Under the pieces are notes generated by a model that was not told where the DNA came from, ran no database searches, and saw nothing but the letters and a program-made list of their open reading frames with translations. Shown here in pieces: positions 1-13,495 of a stretch of 64,000 nt of DNA. Numbering within the stretch: the stretch's first letter is position 1; every line of letters begins with the position of its first letter. A program made the position numbers and the translations under genes. The stretch comes from Camelus ferus. Taxonomy: Eukaryota. The stretch lies in NCBI RefSeq assembly GCF_009834535.1, contig NC_045697.1, positions 87,050,001 to 87,114,000 on the forward strand. Direction: 5' to 3'.

Positions 1-44
1 ACTGAAGCAAGGTTACGTCAGATATTTGCTGAAGCCACTCTGCG
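1..44 (+). CDS. AFG2A: AFG2A/SPATA5 internal coding exon, partial (5' end outside window): TEARLRQIFAEATL-R
   Basis: Frame 1 translates to the D1 segment before Walker B. Split codon CG|G joins in phase with the exon at 1550. Donor GTATTC starts at 45. Confidence 0.93.
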
Positions 45-265
45 GTATTCTTTATTTTTGGATATTTGGAATTAATAGTCAAGTCTGTTTTAATCAAAGT
101 AGAAACAGTAGCACTTTATATGAAGCATGAACAAAAATAATAGGACAAAAATAATAGTGATAGCACTGGATACAGATTATAAATCTAATGAAGTTCTATC
201 TAATCTATTTCTATCTAGTATTGTTTTGGAAATGTGATAAATAAGGAATTAAATTACATAATGTA

Positions 266-533
266 GGAAAAGGTACAAACTTCCAGTTATAAAATAAATT
301 ATGGGGATGTAATCCACAGCATGGTGACTGTAGTTTATAATACTGTATTGCATATTTGAAAGTTACAAAGAGAGTAGATTTTAAAAGTTCTCTTTACAAG
401 AATAAAGTTTTATGCCTGTATGGTGACACCTTGAGCTAGACTTGTGATCATTTCACAATATGTATGTGCAAATGTTGAATCATTATGTTGTATACCTGAA
501 AGTAATGTAATGTTATATTTCAACAATTTAAAG
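266..533 (+). mobile_element. 5'-truncated L1 3' end (L1MA9-like) with 14-bp target-site duplication
   Basis: Resembles the L1MA 3' UTR (cagcatggtgactgtag...gagagtagattttaaaagttctc). Flanked by aattacataatgta (252-265) and aattacataaggta (534-547). Confidence 0.8.
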
Positions 534-1481
534 AATTACATAAGGTAAAAATTAAGACAGTACTAAGTCATATGACTGCTTAAGCATATAAATTTATGAT
601 TTTCTTTCTTTTGAGTACTCAGATATAGCCAATATATCTAGTTCTTTTAGTAGACTATTATATTTGCTCTTTAGGTTTAAAACTTTGTTTTATTACACTC
701 TGCTTCAAAGGGACAAATCTTTTGCTCTTTAAAAATGATTTGTACTAATTGTCAGTTTGGGCTGCCATTGTTACATTGCAAGTTCTTTTAGAGTGTGGTC
801 TGTAACTTGATCTAATGTCATGTTATTTATAATATGGCTATAGCTCTTTCATTGTGTTGGTATTTAGCTTATAATTTCCGCTTTCTTATCAAAACTTCCA
901 TTAAAAATTTTTTTTTCCGGCGATAGTAGATGATATAATAGTTTTTACTCCCAATCCCGAAGATTTGAGAACCAGTGGTACACCTCATTGTGTAGTATGT
1001 TTTCACTGTTGCTATTGTTATGTTCCTGGCAGTTGAGGTTTCCTCTTACGAGAGAATTTTCATCTTTTTATGGGAGAATTGATCATCTTGAGAGGTTTTT
1101 TTTTTTTTTTTCAGTCAATTAAGGAAAAGAGCATTTCTACTTTCTATCCCTTGGACTTTAAACTGGCTCCAAGGACTAGCATCTCTGGTCTTGGCTTGTG
1201 AATTGATCCAGGCATAGCAGTTTAGTGGGCATTAGTGGGCAGGTTCTGTCTGGTAATGGACTCTCATCTCATGAGCAATAGACTGTTCTCAGTACTCTGC
1301 TGTTAATTGAGGGCAGATCTAGAGTGTAATATTGGTGAGTTAATAATATGGGCTAAAATTAATCTAAGATTTTTCAGTTTAACATCCTATTGCTTTTGTC
1401 TTTAATATTATTAACTAAATCCTAAATTTGATCTGTTGCATTTCAACTAAAAATTAAAATGACTCATGTTCAATTTTTTAA

Positions 1482-1727
<246 letters not shown>

Positions 1728-3719
1728 TGAAGTAGAAAAAACTATTAAGTATGCCTGAGTTTGGGGGTTCTCTAGGGCAAGGGAAAAATGTTAACTGCAC
1801 AAACTAGAGGAAAGACCCATAAAATAATTTTCTTCAGTGATTTCTTAGCGACAGGACAATGTAACCTAGCCTGTTTTTGTAGCATATAAAATTATATACA
1901 ATGAGAGATTTCTTTTGTAATAAATGATATTAACCTAAAAACCTGTAGCAAAAATTTAGTGAGGAAAATTTAGCAGTTGAATTTTAGGGGATTTTACTAA
2001 GAAATTTCATGAGTAAGTCTTAATACTCTTAAAAATTGATTCTTTTGGGGTTTTAAGTTTGGCAAGTGAAAGGATAGGAAGTGAGAATGATGGAAATGTG
2101 TTTGTACAACATTTTAAAAGAATTTCCTCATGTTATGAGATTCTCTGATAGTGCATACTATCTTATATTAATAAAAACTAAGTGCTGATTATGAAAGGGA
2201 GAGCCATGGGACTGGTAGGGAAGAGGGATGAAGAAAACTCTTCTCAGACCCCTGATAGCCATTTACTAGAAGAATACACTTCTCATGCAAGATTGTAAAT
2301 AACTCATTTTTTAGAATCATAATACAAGTTAGAACCAAAAATTTTTTTAGAAATCATGGCATCCTAAATTCCTTCTTTTGCCCATTAAAAAAGTGGACAT
2401 TTAGAAATTTTTGGATTTACTGTCTATTGGTAGAAACCAAACATGTGAGAATAACATGAAGGTTTCGTATTGTCTCTGTTGTTTGCTAACCTGTGTCACA
2501 GTTTTAATAGTAACACGAGAGAAGGGTTGTTACCTGGGGGAAGCTGAATGACCATGTGGTTCTCAGTCTTGGGGAGTACCTAGGAGTGATCAGCATGTCC
2601 CAGGTTTGGTTCTCAGCTTGTCAAGTTAGAGAATTCAGTGTTGTTAGTATGTTGGAGGTAGTGGAGCTCTGAGGATGACCCACGGTGGCAACACTCAAGA
2701 GACTGATTAAACTGGGACACCAGTTTGTCCATTTACAATAAGAAATACAATTATTTAGCTGACCAAATAGTTTATGAAGACAAATAGATGTGGAGAGTGG
2801 CATTATATAAATAGGTTTTTGATGAGTAGGAAATCAGATGGAAGGCTCTGTGTTGGAGGATCTAAATTACCATATCATTGCTGCCTCTTTCTGTGCCACC
2901 GGGATAGCCTGCTGTGAACTAATGTTCTTCACTCTGGGCAGGACTGGAAGCATGTGACAATGAAGTTTTAGTCTGAAAATATTTAAAGGGTCTGTATTTT
3001 GTCTTTGAAATAATTCGTACATTTATTGTAATCCACCTTTTTCTGTTGGCACATCTAGTATAATTGATTAGGTTTGTGTTTTCTTTCTTCAAATCACATT
3101 CAAGTTAAGCTTGTCTCTGTGAGATTATGCTTGAGTCATCTGCATAGAATGTTGGATAATTTCTTCAGGTGGCTGATCATGATCATAGTTCTTTATAGTT
3201 TGTTGTTCCAAATTTTATTCTCAGAGAGTAAAAAATCCATGTGTGTTCAAGGATGTCTGATACTTAGGTGTTGGTTATATTGTTGTGAAGATTTTCAGGA
3301 ATTTAAAAATTTACCAAAATAAACAGTCTATAAGTGAGGAAGATTTCTTAGACAGTTGTGTAGTAGAGCCTTGTTCTGTTTGCTTTTAAGTAGGGAAAAG
3401 GACACCTTAAAACAATTAAATTAAAACAGCTATATAGGATAGAGTATCATTTGTTATTATTTGTGAGAATAGTGTAGTTAAGATGCTAGAAGTGAAAGAG
3501 ACATCATTTACAATAGATGGAGAGGTAAGTATTGGAAAATTTTCTAGGTGATGGAGCAGTTAGAGTTGGGCAATGTGGGATGAATAATGAAATTTGGGAA
3601 ATAAGGGATAGGACTTAGCAGCCTGGATAGTTAGATCCATCCTTGTCTATATTGCTAGCGCTTATTTTTAAATTTACTTTTAGAAGAATATATAATTTAT
3701 TTTTATCTGATTTTGTTAG

Positions 3720-3992
<273 letters not shown>

Positions 3993-6621
3993 TAGTGAGT
4001 CTGTACTGATGGACTTAACTCTGGTTTGTTTACAAACTGATAGTTTATATCTCACTTATTTCCTAATGGAAATAGCTAATTTTTCTAATCATAAAATTAT
4101 TGTTTGGAAAAAAAATTAGATAATTCAGAAAACTATAAAAAAGAAATAAAAATCCCTCTTAATCCTACCTCCTAAAAATGAACAGTATTGTAGTGTATAT
4201 CTTTTCAGACTTTCTTAAGTGTGCACATACAATGTAACTGGATACATTAATGACAATATTGATGATGACAATATTTGTTGATACTGTGCTATGGAAATTT
4301 GGGAGAAGTGCCTGCAAGAGAATGAAGATTTTCCTTGAGGAGCAGCTCTATATTTGTTACGGTGCTGTAAAAGTACTTAGTGAAACCTAAGAATTCTTTG
4401 CCTCAGAATATGTGACAGTGTTAAGTCTGAAAATGTTTAAGTGTTGTTATTAATCATTTGACTCTGACTTTAAGAACTTCACCGTGGCATAACTATAGTT
4501 ACTTTGAAGCCCGTAAGACTTTAACATTTTTGCAGTTTTTCAGGGTAATTTCAACCATGAAGAGTGTGATCAAATCAGGGCAGTTTTTATAACCAACTAA
4601 AGTGTTTGATTAGGCAAGTAAGAATTTTTTGAAAAATATCTGATAATCTTTTTTGTTGTTGTTCTGAGAATATTTCTAGAAAAAGGCTTCTTTCCTCTAA
4701 AGACTGCGCATGCCTCATAGCATCTCAAGTTTGTTAGTTACCTTATGTTCCTTATATTTATTTTGTTTTCTTATATGGGCATGTGTTTCTAAGTCTTTTT
4801 ATATTTTGGAGGAGCTTTTTTTTTCAGTTGTGGCATTCTGTTCCAGTTTGTGACCTAGCCAGTATCTTCATAAGGTGCTTTAGAGAAAGTTTAACCCTTG
4901 TAGGTAATGGAAGAAATCGAATTCTTGAGTTGGAAATTTAGGGTTTTTTAAAGAGCTTTAGTACAGAAATATAGTAACTTTTATCTCCAAAGCATTGTTT
5001 CATAGTCAGTCTTATTTAGTAGGCTCTGAAGACTCTTTTCATTAGTCCTTTGATCTTTCTAATCTGACCCAGTGTGTGCAGGAAAAGAGGTTTGAGAAGT
5101 TAGAACAGATAGGAAAAGGAAAGTTAGAAGACATATTTATGGGCCTTTGAATACTTTATTCTTTGTGGAGAAAATCAATTTTATTTCATTCTGTTTGGTT
5201 ACTATCAGTTTCTATTTTAGAGGACTTACAGCTGGGGGAGACTATTGGTTTTGTAGCCCACAAAGCAGATGCAAACATCCTGGTGCACTGCGGTCTAGGA
5301 CAAAGTCCCTTTCTGTCTAGTTTTTTTATGCTTCACAAGAAATGGTGTGTTTGATCATGGAAATGAATTCCCTAGCTATCAAGAAGCAGAAGTATCAGTG
5401 GATAACTTTGCTTCCTTCATTCCATTAGGTAACAGTGAAGAGTCTGGATTACCATTTAGGCATTGCTTTGGACTTGCTCATCTAGGCAAGGATTCATTCT
5501 TCAGCATCCTTTATCAGACAGTTTTTGACTTTCTAATACATTTCATGCATTCTAGAAGGCTCTAGGATTCTTGCTGTCTAGAAACACAGTCTGATGAAGG
5601 AAAGATTTGTAAACAACTACTTATACAGTGAGATACATGCTCATAAAACTATGGAAAATGTAGTTATCTCCTCTGAAGAAAGGAGACTGGTTATATAGAA
5701 AAAGTGACATCTAAGAAGAATCTTAAAGAAAAAGCAGGAATTGTACAGTTAAAATGAGGGCATGAGAAGGTGGGAAAAGGAAAACATTCTTTCATCTAAT
5801 TGTCACACCAACACTGTGATAAAAATATCAGATAGACTCAAAAGAGGTCTCAAAGCTAATATGTGGCAGAACTAGAATTTAAACTCAGGATCATCTTACT
5901 CCAAATCCATGCTCTTAACCAAAATTAAATCATAAAATAGATTTTTATCAGGGTGGTGTAAGGCTTTTTGGTTTAATTTCAGTCTGTGAAACTCAGGGTA
6001 GGATCAATTTTTAGAGTAGAAAATAGCTGTATCTTTTCACAGGTAATTATAATCCAGAAATAAAGTGGTGTCCTAAGACTTTCAGGAGAAAAGTGATAAT
6101 ATAACTCATATACTAGGTATAAATAGGACCATCTACTTTTCATAGGCACTGTAGTACCCTAAAGAACTTCAGGAAAATGGCAAGAAAATTTAAGAAATTC
6201 TCCCATTTACTTTGTTATATTTAATTGAAAAAGTTGTGAAAGGATCAGAAGGTTAAGTGGAGAAGACTTTTTATGTGAAGATATATATACATTTTAAAAA
6301 GGATATACTTGGTGCATACAAGCAGTAAATAAATATTAACTGCTGTTAATGTAACTTAATTTCAGATTATCAGGTATTGCATTGATCTTCTGTCTCCCCT
6401 AATCTAGTAATGAATCAGATTATGAGAAGGTAATTTTTAAAAAGATTAGTCTTAGAATTAAAGTGTCCAGTAGGGAAAATACGTGGTTTTGTGTATACTT
6501 GTCTTAAATACTAGTGTATGTTGTATTATGTAGTGTTGTTTTCTAACTTTATATAGCAGAATAAAGCTTATAAACAGTGTGCTAGAATTTTTTGCAGGGG
6601 ATTTTTCCAAAGAGGCAGGGG

Positions 6622-6775
6622 GGCATAGTAGAAAATGGATTTTGAGAGTTGAACAGACCTGCCTTTAAAATAAGGCTTGTGATCTTGGGCAAGTTCTTTG
6701 CTTTATATGAACCTTAGTTTTCTCCATTTGTAAATTGAAGGGGGTTCTGGTATATGATATCTAAGAACCATTGTA
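6622..6775 (+). mobile_element. MIR SINE fragment
   Basis: MIR core: tgtgatcttgggcaagtt...ccttagttttctccatttgtaaattg. Confidence 0.65.
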
Positions 6776-6797
6776 AATATGACATTCCCTGGATACA

Positions 6798-6935
6798 AGG
6801 GAGAAGAAAGAAAGAAATGGAAAAAAAGAAAGAAAAGGAGGGAGGAAAGAAGGAAGGCAGGAAGGCAAGGAAGGCAAGGAAGGCTAGGAAGGCTAGGAAG
6901 GCTAGGAAGGCTAGGAAGGACTAGAAAAAGGGAAA
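6798..6935. repeat. Purine-rich low-complexity tract with a 9-bp tandem repeat (GGCWAGGAA)n
   Basis: GA-rich run, then GGCAAGGAA x2 and GGCTAGGAA x4, read directly. Confidence 0.9.
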
Positions 6936-8326
6936 ATAACAAGGAAGTTCCCAAGTTACTCACAAAACCTGCCCTGGCCTCATTAGCTACTTACATACAT
7001 CTGGCCTTTCTACCTTTCATCGTCTTCTCTTTTGTACTTGTTTGAATGATTTAAACTTAGGTAGTTGGTCAGGGTTTTCTCCCACAGTTTTCTTAGAAAT
7101 AATGCTACAAAGCAGACTAATGCTGATTGTGAAGTTAACTGCATTTTCTCATTGGAGCAGTTTTATAGTTTCTAAGGACTTGAGTAAATTATACATTTGG
7201 TTAATAGTGTAATTCAGAAAGAAAGATAAAACAACTTTAAAACTCTGTGAGAATTAAAATTGTAGAATTATGCTCCAAGTGCTGTAGAATGGGCATAAGT
7301 GTATCCAACTTAGTGAACATCCAAGAGCATACCCGACGTGTGCATTGAGCAGGGGAAGGGAAAACTCAGCTGTACTATAAATTTGAACTACGTACTCCTA
7401 GTTCTAAATAAAAAGAATTTAACATTTAATGTTGCCTCCTAACTGAATTTAGAGGAATTGTTAGAGGGTACATTGAATGGTTCTCAGTCATTTAAAATGA
7501 CTGCCTAAGACTGTTGAAACTGATGCTGCCCCACCTTTTTTTTTTAATATGGTAAATGTCCTTGGGCAAGTAGACGCAGTCCCAATTAATATATTGTGAC
7601 TTAGAATTACACACAGAGTTAGAATCATTGTTTTAACAAAAAGAGTCATGGTAAAATCTTAATACGTGGAGGCAATATTAATGATTTCTAGTACAAAATA
7701 TTTGCTTAGTAAGTATTTGATCTGAGAAATGTATGTGGAAACTGGGAGACATAATGAGACATAATTACCACTCCACTCCCCTCGCTAGAGTAATAAAAAT
7801 ATTTGTTAACCTTGGAGTTTGGTTTTGTCTTTAAACCCTGGTCCCTGGTGAGATTCATCTCCTCCTGTCCTCTGTTGCCTTTCGAAATCCCTGCGTGATG
7901 CTGAGGAAACAACTCCTGTATATAGGTAGCGAGGTGTAAGTGTTCTGTGATGCCTTAAATAACTGCTGCTCTTTTCTTGAACATTTCCAGTCTGTTTTTG
8001 GCTTCCCATTGGCCAGATGTCTTAGCTATGGTTCTAACTGGGGACTTGAACCACATCTTGCTTCAAACCAGTGCTTTTTAGGAGGCATTTTCATTGTTTA
8101 CCAGTATTGCTGCATTTAAGTGGGCTGCATTGAAGCTTGAGAATTCCGCTGGCATATTTGGGAAATAAGGCACCTTGACTTCCAAATTTGTCAGGACAGT
8201 GAGAGACTGCAGCTCCAGGAGATGTATTCCTGAGTATGCAGGTTAATTCTTCTCTTATTATTTATTCTTCACAGCAGAATTCAGATTCATTTCACATGTT
8301 CCCAGTTCCCAACAGATCACTCAGAG

Positions 8327-8511
8327 TTGAAGTTTTCAGACTTTGTCATGTGTCTGAACCACCTGGAGAACTTAGTAAACTCAATGGCTGGGTGTGCCCT
8401 AGTCTCAAAGTTTCTGGTTCAGTAAGTCTGGGCTGGTTCTTGTGCATTCCTAACGTGTTCCCAGCTGATCTAATGCTGACACCGCTTGGTCTAGGACTTT
8501 GAGAGCCACTG
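8327..8511. mobile_element. MER5-type hAT-Charlie MITE, copy 1
   Basis: ...aaccacctggagaactt...tttctggttcagtaagtctggg...ctttgagagccactg terminus. Confidence 0.7.
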
Positions 8512-8519
8512 ACATAGGT

Positions 8520-8702
8520 ATTGGTTCTTAAACCGTATGATGTATCAGGTTCACCTGGGAACCTACGCGCATACACACTCCCTCCCCATACTTAATTGAA
8601 TAAGGGAGGTGGGGAATTGGTTTCAAGTACTTATGATGTTTTTCAAGTGATTTTGAAGTAGCCAGTCTCGCACTTCCCTGTGAACAGTTATTTGTATCAC
8701 TG
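8520..8702. mobile_element. MER5-type hAT-Charlie MITE, copy 2, more diverged
   Basis: Degenerate termini attggttcttaaac ... tcactg, internal tcacctggg, sits between two 8-bp spacers. Confidence 0.5.
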
Positions 8703-8710
8703 ATTTAGGT

Positions 8711-8889
8711 CAGTGGTTCTCCTGTGTTAAATCTGTGTGAGAATCACTTGCAGAACTTGTTAAAACACAGTTCTGGGCCTCATCCTGCTGGTTTATTAGA
8801 TCAGGGTGGGGTCCAAGAATTTGCATTTCTGTCAAATTACGGGTGATAGCAATGCTGCTGGTCCAAGGGCTGCGCTATGAGAGCCACTG
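8711..8889. mobile_element. MER5A hAT-Charlie MITE, copy 3
   Basis: Terminal inverted repeats cagtggttctc / gagagccactg. Internal ggtggggtccaagaatttgcatttct. TSD atttaggt/atctaggc. Confidence 0.85.
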
Positions 8890-10779
8890 ATCTAGGCCAT
8901 CTAGCTCTCCAATTTCTGAAGATTCTCTGTAACTGATTTTAAATGACTGTTTTAACTTTAGGTAGTGTAAATTCTCTGACTGATAGTGTTGAATTTCTTC
9001 CTTGAGTTTTTATGTGTACTAGTCTGAACTCCTATATCATTTAACTCTCCCACTCTAGGAGAAAATGAATGTCTTGCAGGTATGTCTTATGGTTCTGAAT
9101 AAAACTTTAAAATGACAATTCTGACAGATGGAAAAGCCACAATTAAGGGAAGAGTTAAGAAATAACAATTTAAGAATACAAGGAAGAATGTAGATGTGTG
9201 TTTTTCCTAGAACATTTATTTGCTTATTATTTGTAGGCCTATATAGTCTCTGAGCTCTTTGTGTGTTGGCTGTCTGATGGTTTTCCTTCTTCCAGGACTG
9301 CCTTCTAATCGGGGAAGCTCTGCCCTTTTTAACAAAAAGTGATGCACAGATGTGTAGTAACAGCATACACTGAAGTGATCCAGGATTTCATAAAACCTAA
9401 GTGAACTATGTTACTGATCAGTTTAGTAATCTAAAGTTATTGTTTATAGGATAGTAATCTAATGAGCAAAATCCCTGTGGCATATATGTTTTCTGCATTC
9501 TTTTCCAGAGGGCAGAAAGTTTATAGGCTATTACAGAGTTTGTAAGAGTGATAGTGCATCTTTTGCAGTGTGCTTACTCCCAACTCTTCTAATCTTTTAT
9601 TGCAGTGTTACTAAATATTTTCCATATTTTAAACTTTGTCTCCATAATTAATAAGAAAGTTGGAAATACTGCAGTAGTGTTGCTTTCAACACTTGGATCT
9701 CTTATTATCTGAACAGATACAATCTTTAATGTTGAGGGTTGGGTGTGAAACTGATTTTCAAATGTTATGTTTTCTTTTATTAATTTATGTTATAAATTAA
9801 TTTTTGAGCTAGAGTGTGGTTTGATAAGTCATGACTTGTCCAAAAGCCTAATGTTTTGTAGCTCACCTTTTTAAGCAGAGCAGCTGCATTTTGAAATGTT
9901 TTATCTCAAGCAGACAAGCTGTTTATAAGCTCAACTCTGACACATCCTGACATTTAATGTCTGTGTTTGTATCTCTCCTGGGATTAGGCTGCCTTTCTAA
10001 TTAATTAGTTGCATAGCCTTTTATTAATTCCCTCAAAATTTATAATGTTTTAAATTAACAACATAGATAAGCATACCACACTTTTTTAGAAAACATGAAA
10101 TGTTAATTATGTAGCAGAGACATGAATTATATCAACTCTGCTGAATGTTAGAAGATGCTTAGCAACAGTGTTTTCCAAATGCAGGGATTTATTATAAACT
10201 TATCCTTCTAAGGCTGCCTGTGCCATTTCAGGAGAGTGAATATAAATAGAGCTTGATTTCTTCAAGAAGTGGACTCAGTCATTTTGTTTACAGTGGAAGG
10301 AAGTATTTGCTTCACATCTCTAAGAATTTATCTTTAGCATCCTTGTTGATTACACATCATTTCAACATGTTCATACCAAATACTTGGGCCTTGGTAAGAT
10401 AGCATCACAGAACAGGAAGAATTAAAACTCTTATTTAAACAATGATTTTGTCATTATTGCACTTACATTAGGTATGGTAAAAATACTGAATCTAATTACT
10501 ATTACATAACTTTTTTTTTGAAATGGAAAACTTTGTTTGTCTTGTACCAGGGTTCTGAGATATTTATAGCTGTGAGGCCTCCCTCCCACCCTTCATTTGC
10601 TTATTTTAACAGGAATTTATGGAGGATCTACTACGTACAGTCCAGCTCTTAAGAAAGGGTCTCTTTCTAACATTTTCCACTATTTTCTTTATTGATTCTG
10701 CCAGTGTTGTTTTCTAACTTAGAATTAAAATACTGATTCTATAAAAATTCAGTATTTTCAAATAAAGTCCAATGAAATA

Positions 10780-10985
10780 GTGGGGTTCAGTTGAAAGCTC
10801 TAGGTCACAAATGCTAACACTGCCCCTTATCAGCTAAGAGTCATTGGGCAAGTCATTTAACCTCTTGAACTGTTTCCCTAACTGCTAAATAGGGATAACA
10901 TTTTTTGAAGAGTTCTTAGGAGGTTTAAAAGTAAAGTCTGGCAACAGTGTTCAAGGTTTATACAGGCCCTTGATAAGTGACACTG
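10780..10985 (+). mobile_element. MIR SINE fragment
   Basis: ttgggcaagtcatttaacctc...tttccctaactgctaaatagggataa. Confidence 0.65.
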
Positions 10986-12079
10986 TCTCTTTTTGAAAAC
11001 AAATTCGTATTTTGTGTGTATTTATGTAGTTCCCTGGTAGAAGCTTATTTTGATTTTGGCAGGATTCTTGATTTTATGAAGTATTCCTGATTATCCTAGT
11101 TCTGTCCAAGGCTATCAGGGAAATCTGGCAGAACCCTTTAGCTTTCTAAGGCAGTGATTTTCCCTGAATCTGGAGCAGTGAAAGTCTTGCCCATCAGTAG
11201 AAATATACAGACAAAGATAGGTACAGACTTGATTTGGGAGTGCCTTCCTGACAGATTTTCTTGCTGAGTGTGAGAGCCCTCATGTTACACATTATCAAAG
11301 TCACAGTCTCTTCCCTCCCCTGTGCACCTCATCCCACATGAGAGTCTACTGTAGGCCTGCAGTAGAGCAACAACATTAAATTGATGTAGGTATCATGGTT
11401 GCTGCTCTAATTAATGCATTTTATAAGAGATCATATCTTTACTCATTATTGTAGTTGGTTAAGTAAGCAGTAATTATGCAATATAATATCTTGTAAAACA
11501 ATGAACTTTCCCCTCTGTTTTGTAATTCTGAAATACAGTGATGGTTATATTTGTGATAGTGGGATTTTTCCTACTGGTTAAATATTATGGATATTATATA
11601 AGAGGTGGAATTTTTTTTTTGTCAGTTAAGTGGGAATCTTAATATTACTTTTGTTGTTCATTTGGAATGACTAGAGCTGAATGGTTTGTTTCAGAAAAAC
11701 AGGTGGTAGTTTTGATTCTGTTTAAGCTCTAAGTGATATATACCATTTACTTCACTAGTGGAAAATTTTCTGAGTTGCCTTGCCAAGGCTATAAACGTAG
11801 AAAACTTGAGGAAAGGTTTTCTTCTAATTAAAACAATCACAAAAATAAAATCAGTCTATCTAAATGAAAGTCAATTGAAGAGATAACTCAATTCCTTTCT
11901 TCTTTACTCTATCAAATGCTGTCAGCTCTATTTTCAAAATTTATTGAGTTTGAGCTTTAAATTTTTTTTTTTTAATTTAAACTATTTTCATTGCTCTTTT
12001 CTGGACTATTGGAATGTCTTCTTCCTGCCCACTCTATCCTCCACCTCCTGCCCCTGTTTATTCTTTACACTGTTTAAGC

Positions 12080-12560
12080 TGCAGGACTTTGAATTGCAGG
12101 TTTTGGAGATGAGGAGATCTTGGTTAGAGATATGAATTAGCAGTTTGTCATCAGTTAGATGGTGACTGAAGCCATTGAAATGAGTGAAATCACTTAGAAT
12201 GAGTAAAGTTCATTCATTTATTCATTTGAGCCAGGTACTGCACTGGGTGCTGGGGCTTCTCAGTGAATAAGAGAGATTTGGCCTCTCTCCTGTTAAAGCT
12301 AAAGATGCACAGGGAAGTATAGCAGTGTAACAGGTAGTTAAAATACATTGTATTGTATTTGAATGGTCAGGGAGGTTTTAGTGTACTAATGAGAATCAGG
12401 TCTTGAGACCAGGTGCCTGGGGACCATCACCATTCAAAGGTTGAGTTGTTAGAAAAGGTCTGGTATAGGAGACTGAGGAGTGATTAGAGAGATGGGAGGA
12501 GAACCCCCAAAAATGGTGACTCAAGTGAGGGAAGTTTTCAAAGAGAAAGTAATTAGAAAT
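12080..12560 (-). mobile_element. L2 LINE fragments
   Basis: ttcattcatttattcattt (reverse of the L2 tail) followed by purine-rich L2-like sequence. Confidence 0.5.
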
Positions 12561-12569
12561 AGTGCATTA

Positions 12570-12825
12570 ATAATTATCTCTGATTGAGTACTTACAATGT
12601 GTCAACCGTTGTTTGAAGTCCCTTAGCACATATTAATGATTTCTTACTCCCTTATATGGTTATCTTCATTTTATAGGTGCAAAAACTTAGGTCAGAGAGG
12701 TTATGAAGCTTTACCAAGATCACCCGAGAGGTTATGGAGCTTTACCAAGATCACCCAAGAAATAAATAGTGGAGCCAGGATCAACAACATAGAGACCACA
12801 GTGACATCAAGTGCTTAGTTTCTTA
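12570..12825 (-). mobile_element. MIR SINE with an internal 31-bp tandem duplication
   Basis: cattttataggtgcaaaaacttaggtcagagaggtt...ccaagatcac. Duplicated units at 12695-12725 and 12726-12756. Confidence 0.75.
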
Positions 12826-13349
12826 CCTGGGAGGTCATGGGGCCCTTGGAAGAGAGTAGTTCTAGTGGGGTCCTGTGGCTAGTTGCTAGATTGCAGTAAA
12901 TTGAGGGGTGATTGAAAATTGAGGGAACAGAGATAGTGATTATGAATTACTTTTTCAGTTTTAATGGAGTGTTATTTAGAGTTTTGGTACCTTCCAAAAA
13001 AAGAAATAAATATGGTTGGCTGCTCTCCCCCTTTGCCGCATCTGTGCATCCCGATCCTTGCCCTCCTCAGGTCAAAACCAGATCAGACTGTGTTCCTTCA
13101 TTATTTTCTTGGTTCCTCTCCTCTTACGTGGGCCTTGCTCTTGTCCACCAAGCTATAGATCTTCAACCTCTGTTGGCATAAGAATTGTGCTCTAAACAAC
13201 TAAATCCCCCCCCCCTTTCTTAAACTCAGCATTTTAGTACAGTTGGTAAGTTAGGTAAGTAAATAATTTGACATTAAAAAATTGAAAATAAAAGCTATAT
13301 TTTAGGAAAGTCTCTTGAAACCTGGGGCTGGTGAAGTGTATTAATTCTG

Positions 13350-13495
13350 ATGTCATAGAAGTAGAAGACTCTATCAGAAATCATTTAGTATATTCCTTTA
13401 TTTCGCAGATGGGGACAGACAACGTGCTCTGTCCAAACTCAAGTAGTTAGTGAAGTCTTGGCCCAAGAATCAGATCTTGAGACCAGGTGCCTTCC
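13350..13495 (-). mobile_element. MIR/MIR3 fragment
   Basis: atttcgcagatggggacaga...gtccaaactcaagtagttagtg. Confidence 0.5.

Noticed and set aside
6703..7045. Overlapping ORFs with RLG/PSL repeats (88 aa and 86 aa)
   Set aside because: They arise from the 9-bp tandem repeat and purine tract, and there is no other coding evidence.
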